Assembly (NCBI GenBank): GCA_013265495.1
Contig: MU058836.1
Span: forward strand, 744,001-808,000
Direction: 5' to 3'
DNA length: 64,000 nucleotides
Origin: Vicugna vicugna
Lineage: Eukaryota
Below, piece by piece: positions 25,851 to 38,472 of this stretch. Both the position numbers and the translations under genes were made by a program. Within the stretch, counting starts at the first letter, position 1, and each line of letters opens with the position of its first letter. The notes below the pieces were generated by a model that was given only the letters and a program-made list of their open reading frames with translations, made no database searches and had not been told where the DNA came from.

Positions 25851-27776
25851 AAGCCATAGCCCAAAAAGCAGCACAGGACAAAGCAGATAAATGGAAGAAA
25901 ATAGAAAATCCTGAAGCAGGTCTTGGAACATACGAGAGCTTGATGGGGTGAGGGAGATGACATCCAGACCGCGTGGACAGAGGACGGAGTATCTAGTGAA
26001 CACTGCCGGGAAGCCTGGCTTCTACCTGGACAGAGATAAAGTCACCTTAAATGTATGTGTGTCTTCAGTTCTTTTTGGTTGACTAAGAGCTAAATGTGAA
26101 AGGTAAAACTATAAAAACGAATAAAAGGACTTTGGGGACCTGGCTGAGCAGGAGTCATCCCTGCAAGGAGCAAAAGTTTGACAGGGAGCCTGGGAGCCAG
26201 GATGTCCACCGAGGCTGTGTGTCAGGCCGGACCGTTCCCAGCTGGAGGAAGCAACTCCACCTTCAGCCAGTTTCTATTGCAGTGTTGTTCATGAGTCGCT
26301 CTGGCTCGCCGCCTCTGTCCCTGTCCTGGATGGTCGGGAAGACGAAGCTCCCAGGCCGGGAAGACAGAACAGCTGTGCTTATGGGGACTCATGGACGGCG
26401 TGCATGTCCTGGAGGCACCCACAGTGAAGGTCTGCGCTGCTCACTCCCCCAGAGGGTGGCCCCGTCCTGCTCTCTCATCCTTGCAAGGGCCAGGAGGTGC
26501 ACGAACATTTGGGCAAGGCCCTGGGAACCAGCACAGCCACACCAAACCCTACCAATGCTCCAAGGGCCAGAAGTTCAAGCACTCCTGAGGCCAACGTGCC
26601 AGCCATGGCTACAGAAACTAACCCCGGATATGCCTTGTTGTTAAACAGATTGTGGATGCTGCAGGGAAAAACTAATAAAAGAAATATGGGCATCATTTTA
26701 ACTTCAGGTAAGGTCAGGATTTCTTAAAGGAAATCCCAGACAGGTAGAGGTGGGCTCTGAGGGACACTTGTTGCCTTGCAGGAAGAGATCTCTGTGCTGC
26801 CTTGGAGGGAGGTGTGGGCTGGACCATGCTTCCCTCTCGGAAGACTGAGTGGAGTCTGGGGAATTGAACCATTCAGCGGCATCTACTCAATTGTCCTTAG
26901 CTCATTGGTCAGGATCCCTGGACTTTCCCTTGGCCTGATGGACTTGCCCTGGTGGGACAGTTAACTGTCTTTGAGGTTCAGCAACTCAGACTCATGTCTC
27001 AGGCTTGAATTCGTTCCCCCTTCCCTAGATAGAAGATGAGTTTCCTTGAATGCAATTAAAGAGGCCCTGTGGCTTCCGTCCCTGGCTTTCCACTGGCTGT
27101 CGCTGGGCCTCAGCTGTTCTTTGTCTTTCAGTGGAATGCCAGTGGTACTCAGCCACGGCCATTTAGTACTGTTATCTTTAGAGTTACAGTTACTCCCCAC
27201 CCCCTCGTCTCAAATGCCTGGTGCGTTCATCTCCTGCTGGCACGCTGCACCCGCCATACGTGTAACAACTGCAGCCACCTTGGGCTAGGACCCGCCTGTG
27301 CTTCAGCTACCACCAGTGCTGGAGTCCTCCTTGTAGCTAAGAGGGGAGCGGTGCAGTCCCAAGCCCTGTCGAGCCACCTGCTTTTTCGTGGACCACTCCC
27401 GGTACTAGCTGCCGCAGGTACGGCTCCCAGGAAGCAAACGCTGAAATGGAGCTCGGGGTGGGGGGCAAGCTTTTGTCTGGGACCAGCACCTAACTGGGCA
27501 GAAGAAGAAGGCAGCTGCGATGTGGGCCTGACAAAGCCTCAGTCAGCCACTGGGGAGAGCTGGCGCCAGCCTTGCTGGGCAGAGCTGTCCTGCGTCTGGC
27601 TGAAGTGTCCGGGCCTTTATGCCACACTCCCCATCGCCACATCACCAGTGTGGCTGCCCCAGGAAGGGCTCCTCTCTGCAGCTTGGGGCAAGCCCTTCCA
27701 CGAAGGGGCTTCTGGGAGCAGTCCCATGTCTGCCACAACCCAAGAATGTAGTTTGTGTGTGAGAGCAGACTGTGTG

Positions 27777-27783
27777 GATGATG

Positions 27784-27835
<52 letters not shown>

Positions 27836-27842
27836 CAACAAC
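27777..27842. repeat. Compound trinucleotide microsatellite (GAT)3(AAT)15(AAC)4
   Basis: Read directly from the sequence. Confidence 0.97.
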
Positions 27843-28854
27843 CAACATGTACTGAGTATTTAGGATCCAGATGAGGCCCAGTGCCATTTACACAGTGAGG
27901 CAGAGACCATTGTCATCCCCATGTTTCTGTGCCCAGGTGAAGAGCTTCAACTGAGTCAGGGTTGCTTAGCATGCGACAGAGATGAGAGTCCCTCTGGAGA
28001 ATATAACTTTTTTAAATACAACTTTTTTGGAATAACTTTCAATTTTCAGTTAACAGTCATGAGAGAGCTCCTGTATACCTTCTCCCAGTGTTCCCTGATG
28101 TGGCATCTTACACAACCATGGTGCATCCATCACAGCTGAGAAATTAAAACACTGTCCTACGTTACCATTGACTAAACCACAGGCTGTGGACTTCCACTAG
28201 TGTTCTTTTACTGTTCCAAGATCAAATTTAAGGCACCACCTTGCATTTAGCATCCCTGAGATTTGGAATCTCAAGTGTAAACTTTTGACCTGTCTGCTCT
28301 GCTGCCTGCTGTTCCCACAGAGGTTTTGTGGCCATAAACCAGTCGGGTGCCATGCTGCTCCAGGTGTGCGTGGGCAGCCCCAGAACGTGGCATGCTGACT
28401 AACACTGTTTTCTCTGTGAGCATCTCCTCTCCGCTGGCGTGTGGAAAAAACTCCGACTAGGTCCAGCTCAGTGATGCGCTTGTTTTGAGTTGGCCCTTCC
28501 GTTTCCTGGTGCTCTCCGATGTGTATGGGGGTGGGTGCTGTATCAGGGTGCCCAGAGCTGCATCGGGCCTGGTCCGGCTCTCAGGAGCTCCCAGTTAGCG
28601 CACACCCTCCTGACCGCCTGGGCTCACTGGCCTCAAGGTCTGGCATGAAGCAAAGAGCGGTTAAGTTGGGGATCCTTGTCCTCACCCCCACTGCACTCAG
28701 CTACCTCACAGGTGCTCACTGTATGCCTGCTCTGGGTCTGGAGCCCCAGGGCAGCTGCCCACTGAAAACTGGTGTTCTGAGCGTGCTGCCTTTATACTAG
28801 GCAAGGCCTTTCCACTGTTCCAGGTCCAGTTTTCTCACGGAACTCCTTAGAACA

Positions 28855-29090
28855 GCATCTTGCTTAGTGGTTAAAGAGGGTAGATTGAAGCCACAGGATT
28901 TGGGTCTCTCCAGTTTATCAGCTGTGTGACTGTTGTCATGTTACATAACCTTTCTCTGCCTTGCTTTCCTCATCTGTGACCTGGGGAGAATAACATCCAC
29001 TTGTGAAGATGAAGGGAATTGATAAATGCATGGCATCAAGAACCACGCCTGGCAGGGTAAACTCAACAAATATGAGTTATCATCATCTAA
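28855..29090 (+). mobile_element. MIR SINE
   Basis: ttagtggttaaagag...cagctgtgtgac...tttcctcatctgt...actcaacaaatatgagttatcatcat. Confidence 0.8.
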
Positions 29091-29184
29091 TTCACATGAA
29101 TGTTCAGAGAAGATCAAATAAGATCATTATTTAAAGATGCATTGTAAATGGCAAAGTGTGCTAAAAAATGACTAAAGCTGTTAT

Positions 29185-29580
29185 TTTTTTCTTTTGGTGT
29201 TATTGACATAATTGACATATACCACTTACAAGTTCAAGGTGTACAGCATGATTTGACTTTCATCATGAAATAATTATCACATTAAGTTTAGCAAACACCC
29301 ATCGTCTCATATAGATACAAAATTTTAAAAATTAAAGTTTTTTTCTTTGTGATGAGAACTCAGGATTTATTCTCTTAACTTCCATACATAACGTACAGCA
29401 GTGTTAATCATATTTATCATGTCGTATGTGACATCGCTAGTACTCATTTATCCTGTAACTGGAAGTTTGTACATTTGACTGCCTTCATCAAGTTCCCCCA
29501 CCCACCCTCGCCTCTGGTAACAACAAATCTGATCTCTTTTTCTATGAGTTTGTTGTCTTTGAACTATAATTGACCTACAG
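29185..29580 (-). mobile_element. L1 3' end, antisense (laurasiatherian/artiodactyl type)
   Basis: T-rich tail, then gacataattgacatata...aaggtgtacagcatgatttga...gtgatgagaact...aactggaagtttgtac...aatctgatctctttttctatgag. Confidence 0.85.
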
Positions 29581-31255
29581 CAGTGGGTCAGTCATCTTGA
29601 ACCCAGCCGTCCCTGAAGGCAAGGCTCTTTTTGGGCTAAGAAAGTCTCATTTTGTCTGAACAGTGGTCTGAAACAGTCCTCACTGATTCATCCCCTCCCC
29701 CACCCCCTCCAGGGGCCACCGTGAGGATTAAGTGAGGAATTCCACGTAGAGGATTTAGCCCAGTGCCCCCAGTGCTGGCACCTAGGCACCCAGCCACAGT
29801 CGGCTACTATGATTTGCTTAATACAAAGTAACTGTTACTGTTCCTGGTGCCTTTGCTGATGCTGTGGCTTTGTCTGGGTGTAGCTGGCTTGCAGATGTGG
29901 CCCAGGCAGAGCTCCAGCTGCAGAGATCCGGGGTAGACCGAGGCGGGGCTCCCCAGGGCTGCGTTTGTTTGGAAGCTGCCTCTCCGTGTGCCTCGCAGTG
30001 GCTTCCCTGTGCGCGCGTAATGCTGTAATTGCAGCCTTCCCAGCTGTCGGCCGTGGAGACAGCCCAGAAAATGAGGTTGGCTCGGTAAATATTGAACCAA
30101 ATTATGCAAATAAGCTCCATGAGAGACTCAGCTGCAGATACAGGGTCTGATTGGTGGGTCCTGGCCCAGCTTGCAGGAGACGCCTCAGGGCTGGGCCGGG
30201 CCTGGGGTCACCCCTGCCTGCTCCTGATGGCCATCAGCGGTGAGAGCTGAGCAGCTTCGTGGGTGAGGTTAGGGGGAGTGATGAAGTGACGGGGATACTG
30301 GCAATGGTGTTTAGTTCCCGCCACGTCCTCATCTCATCCCCAAAGAGGCTGCCTTGGCAAATGAGTCTCTAAGGGCACAAACCTGGCCAAAGCACTGGCT
30401 CCCCTCTGCTCAGTGTGCGCAGCTGCTGCAGGCGGGCGGCGGGATGATAAAATTCCCCCACCCCTGGGAGTAAAGCACTGCAATGGCTCTTCCCTGCTGG
30501 CAGGCCAGGGTCCCGAAAACCCCCATGGTGGCTGAGTTCACTGTGGAGGAACTCAAGGTTCTAGAAGCATGGGTCAGGGAGCAGGTGGGGGAAGTAAAAC
30601 TGAAGTTCTTTTGTGCTCATGGAAGCAGGTCCCTGTGACCTTAGCAGGGATGAAAACACATCCGGGCACGTCTGGTGAGAGGGGGCGTGTGTGTGGGAAG
30701 CCCATGTAAGGGAGGGTATTCGGCTGAAGGAGCAGGGCAGGTTACAGCGACAGCCTTGGAAGAGCCAGGACGGGACAAACGGCAGGCGTGGGACAGCGCA
30801 GATCCCAGCCCTCCCTGAAGGGAGGGAGCTGCCAGCTGAAGGTGTCCCGAGCAGCAAGCACTCCCAGGAGACCAGCAGCCCCGGGGGAAAGACAAAGTGG
30901 GGGAAGGAGGATTCTCTCAGCTCCTTCATGGACAATGCAGGGTTTGAGGTGCTGCGGGTGGCAGGGACAGTGCCACTTTGGAAAAGCAAGTATCTGATGT
31001 TCTGTGTGTCCTGCACAGTAATCCCCTGGGGGCGGGCCTGGGTGCTCTCAGGGAACACCTGCAGCAGTGGCAGAGCATGGCCCAAAGGTAACGTGGGCAT
31101 CACACATTGCACATCACTGAAGGAGCTGGAGTGGAAGAATATGGGAGACGTGTTTACGAGTTATCATGAGTCAGCCAGGGAGGTCTGTCCAGAATAAACA
31201 GTGAGACTTGGGGTGGGTGGAGAGGGCTCAGCTCCTGGGTCAGCAAGTAAGGGCA

Positions 31256-31693
31256 TTATATTAGTTTCCCATTTCAGCGGCAACAAATCACCACAAAATT
31301 TACAGCTTAAAACAACAGATTTACTATCTTACAGTTCTGGAGGTCAGAGGGTCTCACAGAGCTAAAATCAAGGTGTTGGTGGGGCTGTGTTTCTTTCTGG
31401 AGACCCCAGGGAAGAATCCGTTTTCTTGCCTTTTCCCTCTTCTAAAGGCGCCCGCATTCCTTGGCTTGTGGCCACATCACAAGGAGCTCACATCTCCTTC
31501 TTCACCTGATACTCCTGCCTCCCTCTTACCTGGACTCTGTGATTACACTGGGCCTACCTGGATTACCTCCTTATTTTAAAGTCAGCAGATTAGCGTCCTC
31601 AGTTCCCCTTTGCCATGTGACCTAACATAGTCACAGTTTCTGGAGGTTTCAACTCGGACAGCTTGGGAGGGGGGCCTTATTCTGCTTATCACA
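31256..31693 (-). mobile_element. MaLR solo LTR (MLT1-type)
   Basis: tattagtttcc...caccacaaa...gcttaaaacaacagatttactatcttacagttctggaggtcag...ggggccttattctgcttatcaca. Confidence 0.85.
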
Positions 31694-34600
31694 GAAAAAA
31701 ATTGAGTTATTACTGTTGCATGTAACCCCAAGACTACCACCAGGTTGGCAAGGCCTGAGGAAACTGGGTTCTGCTTGGAGAGATGTCTGTGCTCATGAAA
31801 ACAGAACAATGGAGACGACATATCCAACAAAGCTAGTGCTGGTGCGTGTTGTATACATGCAATGGGAAATTAGGGGACCCATGATGTTCTACTCTGTGTA
31901 CCATCTCTTGTTCAACATAAACTTTAGAGAATTTCTCTCCCCACGGTTTTAGTAACAAACTTAACAATTTGTTTGGCTGTGTTGCTGAGAGGCAGCTTTT
32001 TTGTTTGTTTTTTGTTTTAGTCTTCACCCCGATAATCAAAACCTTTCTGGTTTTACCACTGGATGTTTCGAAGTGTTTCTACTCCCAAATTCCTAAAAGA
32101 TCGTCTTTATCTGACATTATCTGACATTATCCTAGCAGTGAGAAGGGCAGACTTACAAATCTAGGGAAAATAGAATTATCTATAAGGAACTTGCAGTTGG
32201 GAAAATGAACAGATGAGTTCATCCAACAATAAAAATAGTGTTCTTGCTGCTAATCTGTTGTGGGGTAGCTGGAAGCAACCAGGAAGTTCTGTGGGGTGTT
32301 TTTTTTTTTTTCTATCCTGCTTATAATAGCCTCAGTCTTGGAGATCTGGTTTGACCCGCATCATGGACCCCTCAAGCCATAAGCCAGTTTTGTTACCTAT
32401 TTACGCCCTGCACTCTTTGCCTCTCTAGGCTTATCCCTCCCGCGCCCCCTCAGGCCACCTGCAAGAGCCAGACATGGGAAGAGGCCGCATTTTTGGAAAA
32501 CCCCAGGACTCTTACACCTGCTGGTCTTGGCAGCTCTCCTTTGTTTATCTGACTAGTCATCCTCTAAGGCCCAGCTCGAAATGTCAGCTGTTCTGTGCAG
32601 AACACTGCCCCAAACTCAAAGACTGGGGAGTCTAGGCCTCTGCCGGGAGCAAGGGATCTAATAAGTGAGAGTTGTAAATCGTCATTGACAGCCACTACTC
32701 CTCACATCCAACCGAACCCTGAGATGAATGTGCTCTGTGCACCGTCTCATTTTCTCGCTTTGTGCTGTGACCTTACAAGGACCTTAGGGGTCAGGTCTTA
32801 GTATCTCCACTTTTCAGCTGCACAGAGTTTAGAGTGATTGGGAGCATGCCCTAAATGATAGGGCCGGCAAGGGCCAAAGTAGGGTCTCAATGCCAGTCTG
32901 CTGATCCCCAAGCTCATGACTGTAACCTCCGCCTGCACACTAGAGGCAGAAGCTAAGGGCATGGGCAGTCCATGGAGGTGGTCTGGTACGGCAGACCAGG
33001 CATGGGGACTGGCAGGAGAGAGCCTTAGGTTAAGTCCCAGTGGGGCCACATGCCTGCTGTGGCATCTCGGGCAGGTCACTTGGCGTCTCTGAGCCGTACT
33101 CGGCTTCCTTACGCCTGTCTCATGAACGTGTTGTGAGGACCAGGTGGGTGAAGCCCAGGAATGCCCAGGTGATCTTTCTCAACTAAGCATCAGGGCATTT
33201 TTACCAAGGGACATAGGGAAAGGCAGAGGTAGCAAAACAGACGCAGGAACAGACAGCCTGTGTCCTGAGGCCCTGGGGGCAGAGAGAGTGAAGGCTCCAG
33301 GAGAGGCCCAGCTGCACAAGCACCGGCCTTACCAGATGCTCCAGCTGCAAGGGCGTAGGTGGGATGGTCCTTGGCTCGGCCACTCCCGCTGCTCAGGGAG
33401 TCAGCTCTCTGTGGTAAGGAAAAGAAACCAGAAGCCTCTGGGGAGAAAACTCCAGGCTCTAAAGTGATAGATCAGTGGGAGAGGTGGGTGCTCACTCTAG
33501 AGAGGCGTTTCTGGCTGGCTCCCTTTCGTTGAGCCACTGGTGAGCTCATTTGGTGCATAGAAAGCCAGCCATTAAACCTGGGGTCTGACTGATGGGGATC
33601 CTGGGCCAGGTGGATCTTAGTCTCTGAATCTTGGTGTTTCGGCTTCCTCATTTGTAACAGGGGTTGGTATCTGCTCTCCTGCTTTGTGTGGTCCAGTAAA
33701 TGGAATAAAGGAAATCAAAATTATTTATAATCTGTAAAGTACTTCTCCAAGAAACCAATAACAGTGGTCCTCTGTGGGGTGGGGGGCTGGGCGGCTGGGA
33801 GACAGGGCAGGAAAGGGACTTTCCACCATGTGCCCTGTGTACAGTTGGATATTTTGAAACATGGGAAAGCACTTGTTATTGAAACAAACTTAGAAAAAAA
33901 CCAGTAAAGTCAGTAAGAAAGTCAAAGCAGTACATGCAAATAATAGCCATTATCAGCAGCAGCATTATCATCATTTAAAAGGCTCTTCTCCCATAATCTT
34001 CCTAGTTTAGTCCCACCTAAGAAAACTAGGTCCTCAGTCTCCAAAGTTCCTGGTCGTCCCCGCCCCCCTCCCCTTACCGCACTGCCTTCCCAGTGCGTAT
34101 TCAGAATTCCTTCGCATCTACAAGGATCAGAGTCCTTGGAGAAAGTGGGTGGAGAAATTTCAACTTAACATAACCTGCCATAGAATATTAAGCAGTTGTT
34201 TAAGAAGAGTTGGAGCCCTTCCAGGTAACCTGGAGGGATTTCCATGAGTACCGCTGACAGAAAAGATGCAAGGAAATGGGTGATCTCATATTTCTAAAAC
34301 AAAAACCAGCAACAGAGCATGGCCACAGATAAACTGTAGAGGACTGTATGGGTGTAGAGGAGAGGAAGGACGCATCCCAGACCGGGAGCAAGGACTGCCC
34401 GTGGGAGGTGGGGTGGGGGATGGGAGTGGAAAGTGTCTGATTGAAAAGAACGATGCTTCTCATTTATGAAAATCTGCATACACCGTGTGTATATGAATGC
34501 ATAAAGAGGTGCGAGAGAGCTGGTAACCAGCAGTCATGGTGCTTAGCTTAGACTGAGGTTCTAGGTGACTTTTTTGTCCAGATACTTACATGAATAGTTC

Positions 34601-34734
34601 TCATTATTAAAAAGCAACATGTATTATTTCTGTAACCAGAAGAAAATCTAATTTCAATGTGAAAGAAAACCATCACAAATTAAATAACTAATATGTGCCA
34701 TTTTAATAGCTGGAGTTACAAATAGAGTCAATTT

Positions 34735-35083
34735 CTTTTTTTATTTTTATTGAAGTGTAGTTGATGTACAATATTCTATAAGTTACAGGTGTACAATATA
34801 GTGTTTCATAAGTTTTAAAGGTTATACTCCATTTATAGTTATTATAAAACATTGGCTGTGTTCTCTGTGTTGTACACTATGTCCTTGTAGCTTGTTTTAT
34901 ACACAATAGTTTGTACCTCTTAGTTCCCTACGCCATGTTATCCCCCTCCCCTCTCCCCACTGGTAACTACTAGTTCTCTGTATCTGTGAGTCTGCTTCTT
35001 TTGTGTCACGTTCACTAATTTGCTGTGTTCTTTAGATTCCACGTAAATGTGGTATCATACAATATTTGTCGTCCTCTGTCTGA
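34735..35083 (-). mobile_element. 5'-truncated L1 3' end, antisense, with degraded target-site duplication
   Basis: tttattgaagtgtagttgatgtacaatatt...ttagattccacgtaaatgtggtatcatac; flanked by agagtcaatttctttt and aaagtcagatttctttt. Confidence 0.88.
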
Positions 35084-35712
35084 AAGTCAGATTTCTTTTA
35101 AACTTCAGAGGGAACGATTCCAAGGCTACTTATAAAGAAGAGTTTTCCCTTCTTCCTGGTTTCCCCTACTCTGGTAAATAAATGCCAGAGGTGCAGTTTT
35201 GACTCGAGCAGCAGCCCTGGGGCGTTCTTGCTGCCGCCCATGGGAGCAGGGCCGCCCGAGCCTGCCTCTGTGTGGGCTGCACGGAGAGCTGGCTGCCCAC
35301 GGCGGCCACCTGGCCGCCTCCAGTGCTACCGCCTGCCACTGCCCTCTCCTGGTCCAGCACCACCTAGGAGTTCTCAGTAAGATCTGAGGCGTCCATCACT
35401 GATTGCCGCCACTGCTACTCAGCCCCCGGCCCGTTCCTCAGTATCGCCTGGGAGCTGGTTAGTAAAACAGCCTCAGGTCCCACCCTGGACCAGCTAGATC
35501 AGAGCCTGCATTTACCGAGATTATACGTTTGGAAAGAACTGCTCTAGATGCACACAAAGGTTCAATTCCAAAACCCCATCATCTAAAATAAGTTTAATAT
35601 AATGGAGGATTGAAGATGATGGCCAAGTGCTACAAGAACTAAGAAGGAGCTACTGGTGAGGTAGGAGGTGGAAAACGACAGAGTAAGATGACCCGAAAGC
35701 CAAGTTAAAAAA

Positions 35713-35796
35713 AATATATATATACATACACACACATACATATACATACATACACACACATATATATTCATTTATAGAAATATATTTATGTATATA
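35713..35796. repeat. (TA)n/(CA)n/(TACA)n compound low-complexity repeat
   Basis: Read directly from the sequence. Confidence 0.85.
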
Positions 35797-35964
35797 AAAA
35801 AGAGGAGGGAATAAATAACCATGTCCAATGTGGCTGAAAGTTAGGTAACAAGGAATGGGAATTGACCACTAAATTTTGCAACATAGAAGACATTAATGAT
35901 AAGAATGCTTTTGATGGGGCAGCTGCAGAGGAAGTCTAATTAGGGTTGGTTTAAGAGAGATGGG

Positions 35965-36122
35965 TACTGTATAACACAGGGAACTATATTCGATATCTTG
36001 TAGTAGCTCACGGTGAAAAAGAATATGGAAACGAATATATGTATGTTCATGTATGACTGAAGCATTGTGCTGTACACCAGAAATTGACAACATTGTAAGC
36101 TGACTATACTTCAATAAAAAAA
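35965..36122 (+). mobile_element. Short lineage-specific L1 3' end (camelid-like) inside an L2 remnant
   Basis: ctgtataacacagggaactatattc...tgtatgactgaagcattgtgctgtacaccagaaattgacaacattgtaagctgactatacttcaataaaaa. Confidence 0.85.
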
Positions 36123-36719
36123 TTTTTTTAAATAGAATGGGGAGAGGGAAATGGGAGACAGCAGGTATGGGTGACTCCTTCAAGGAGCATTGTCTGCAAA
36201 GGGAGCAAAGAGGCAGGGGGACAGGAGACTTGTTTTCAGAGATGGATGAACATCTCTGGATCAGCATGTGCTGATGGGGATGATCCAGTGGAGAGTGGAA
36301 CACTGATCATGTAGGAGAGGAGGGGCAAGAACTGCTGGAGTAACGTTCTGTGGTGCATGAAGGGAGAGGCTGCAGCTCGGTCATCCCTCACCCCAGATCC
36401 TCGAAGTTGTAAGGCTGGAAGGTTTTGACATACTCAGTGTCATAGAGCCAGATGCCATGTGTCTGTTGTGTGGATATCTCCACCCTGATAGGAAGGAATC
36501 TGGGAGCTTGTGAAACAGCGTGAAGGGAAAGATATAGCTAATTTTCCATAGTCCTTGCTTAAGCACCTGGGGCTCGGTGCTGTGTTTGCCAAGCTCTTGG
36601 TTTACAATTTAGTGGGATTCTGTCACACTCCCAGTGAGTGACACATCACTGGGGCCCCAGGTTTCCTGTCCTACTTCTAATTGATGGTGTTGTCTTTCTG
36701 TCATCACAACAGAAGATGA

Positions 36720-37340
36720 TTTAACCATGAAAGGAGTAAGATGCCAAGAAAGTGGGAGGAGAATCTTGAGAGAAAGGTGTGGAGACCCAGGGAAGTGAGT
36801 TTCCTGAAGAATGAATGGGGTGATTAACAGGAGGCTCTCACAGAGAGGTCAGGTGAGATAAGGACTGAACAGCGCCCACTGAGTTTGGCAGAAGGAGGCT
36901 ATTGGCCTTTGTCAAAGCAGTTTCAGTGGCGAGGTCAGGAGGAAACCAGATTGCTGTGGGATGAGGATGTGTGGGAGGTGAGGAAGTAGAGACAAAGTGT
37001 GAGGGATATTTGTTCAATTTATTTGGCTGCGAAGTGAAGGAAAGAGATGTGATGACAATTTAAGGGCCAGGCAGGGTGAAGGGAGAGTCGTTTCAGGATG
37101 GGAGATATTTGAACCCAGAGAAGGAATGATTGAAGATCAAAGACAGGAAAAGAGTGAAGTCAGTGGAGCAGAGTCTTGAACGGAATGGAAGGGATTCAGT
37201 GCACAGGTAAAGGGAAGGAAAGCAGACAAGCAAAAATGCAGGGATACTTTGAGATGGAGAGAAGTTGGGCATTTACTGGGTGTAGAAGGAGACGGAGGTC
37301 TAGGATGATGAGCTTCAGGAAAAGTTTGGGGTGTGAGAAG
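36720..37340. mobile_element. L2 LINE fragments
   Basis: gagaggtcaggtgagataaggactgaa...gcagtttcagtgg...gggaggtgaggaagtagagaca. Confidence 0.7.
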
Positions 37341-38298
37341 AGGCACAGCATTTTTTGAAAGACTGGAGCAGCACAGATGCAAGGGCTAGAGAAAAGAATT
37401 CTGAAGCAACATTCCGGCCCTCTGACTCCGTCAGTGTAAGTTTAGAGCCTGGTGATGTTCCCTTGCTCCTCCGGAAAGGAGGCGGGTAGGTGTGGAGAAG
37501 GACCAGGGGCAGTAACAAAAGATCTCTGAATTAGGATTAGCCAAAACCATAAATAAGGACTCTGCCAAGTATTGCAGATGCATGGTTACCCACCCAGGGT
37601 TGGCCCCTACGAATCTGGCTTACCATTCTTTCCCTCTCTGACCTGTCGAGACGTAGTGGGATGACAGAAACTCAACCTCCTCTTCCTATGGAAGAAAAAA
37701 CTGGGGGATCAGAGAGGAACTATTTAGAATAGTTCCAGATGGCCCAATCAGGGGGAAATTCAGTTAATTGAGTGCTCTTTTTAATAAAAATGGGCCAAGG
37801 AAGTTTCTTTGAGCACAGCAATGCCAGGGCTATAGTGTTACGAGGAAAAGGGTTAATATTTTCTTAATAGAAGAAATAGATATTCATCCAATGAGATGAG
37901 ACTGTTCTTTTTAGAAGGTTGATGGTTTCAGTGGTGAGGGGTGTTGCACTCAGGTAATTCAGAAGGAACACGTGAAAGCTTTCTCTGTTGGGGACTTCCT
38001 GCTGTAATTGGCACATTCCAAACCTTCCCACCCTCCTCCTCATTCCAGTCCACAGGACTGATTCGGGAAACAGGTAGAGGGGTATTTCTGACAAGAGCTG
38101 GTGAAACTGGAAGTTTGCAAGATGTAAGAACTACGAGTCAGGACCCTACCATGTGAAGACAAGGGAAGTACCCAAGTCAGGGAGGCGCAGACACTGGATT
38201 GAGGGGGTGGCTTAAGGAGAATATGTGGGAAGAATCAGACAATGAGAGACTGAGGAGTCAGAGAAAGATGGGAACTGAGTGTGTGTTTATGTAGATGG

Positions 38299-38472
38299 CG
38301 GGGCAGCTTCATGGGCCTGAGACTCCGCCATTCTCACAAGGCCTCTTGCTCAGAAAGCCCCTGTCCTCGGTTTAACCTCTGATGGCACCTTCTTGAAATG
38401 CATTATCTTTTTTGAATAAGGGGCCTCACATTTTCACTTTGCACTAGGACCTGCAAATAATGTAGCTGACCA
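38299..38472. mobile_element. hAT-Tip100 MITE (MER45A-like)
   Basis: ggggcagcttcatgggc...gctcagaaagcccc...cacattttcactttgcactaggacctgcaaataatgtagctg. Confidence 0.75.

Noticed and set aside
27069..27863. Longest ORF (264 aa) ending in poly-Asn, and the antisense poly-Leu/poly-Ile ORFs
   Set aside because: Non-ATG start and no recognisable domain; the homopolymers are just the AAT microsatellite.
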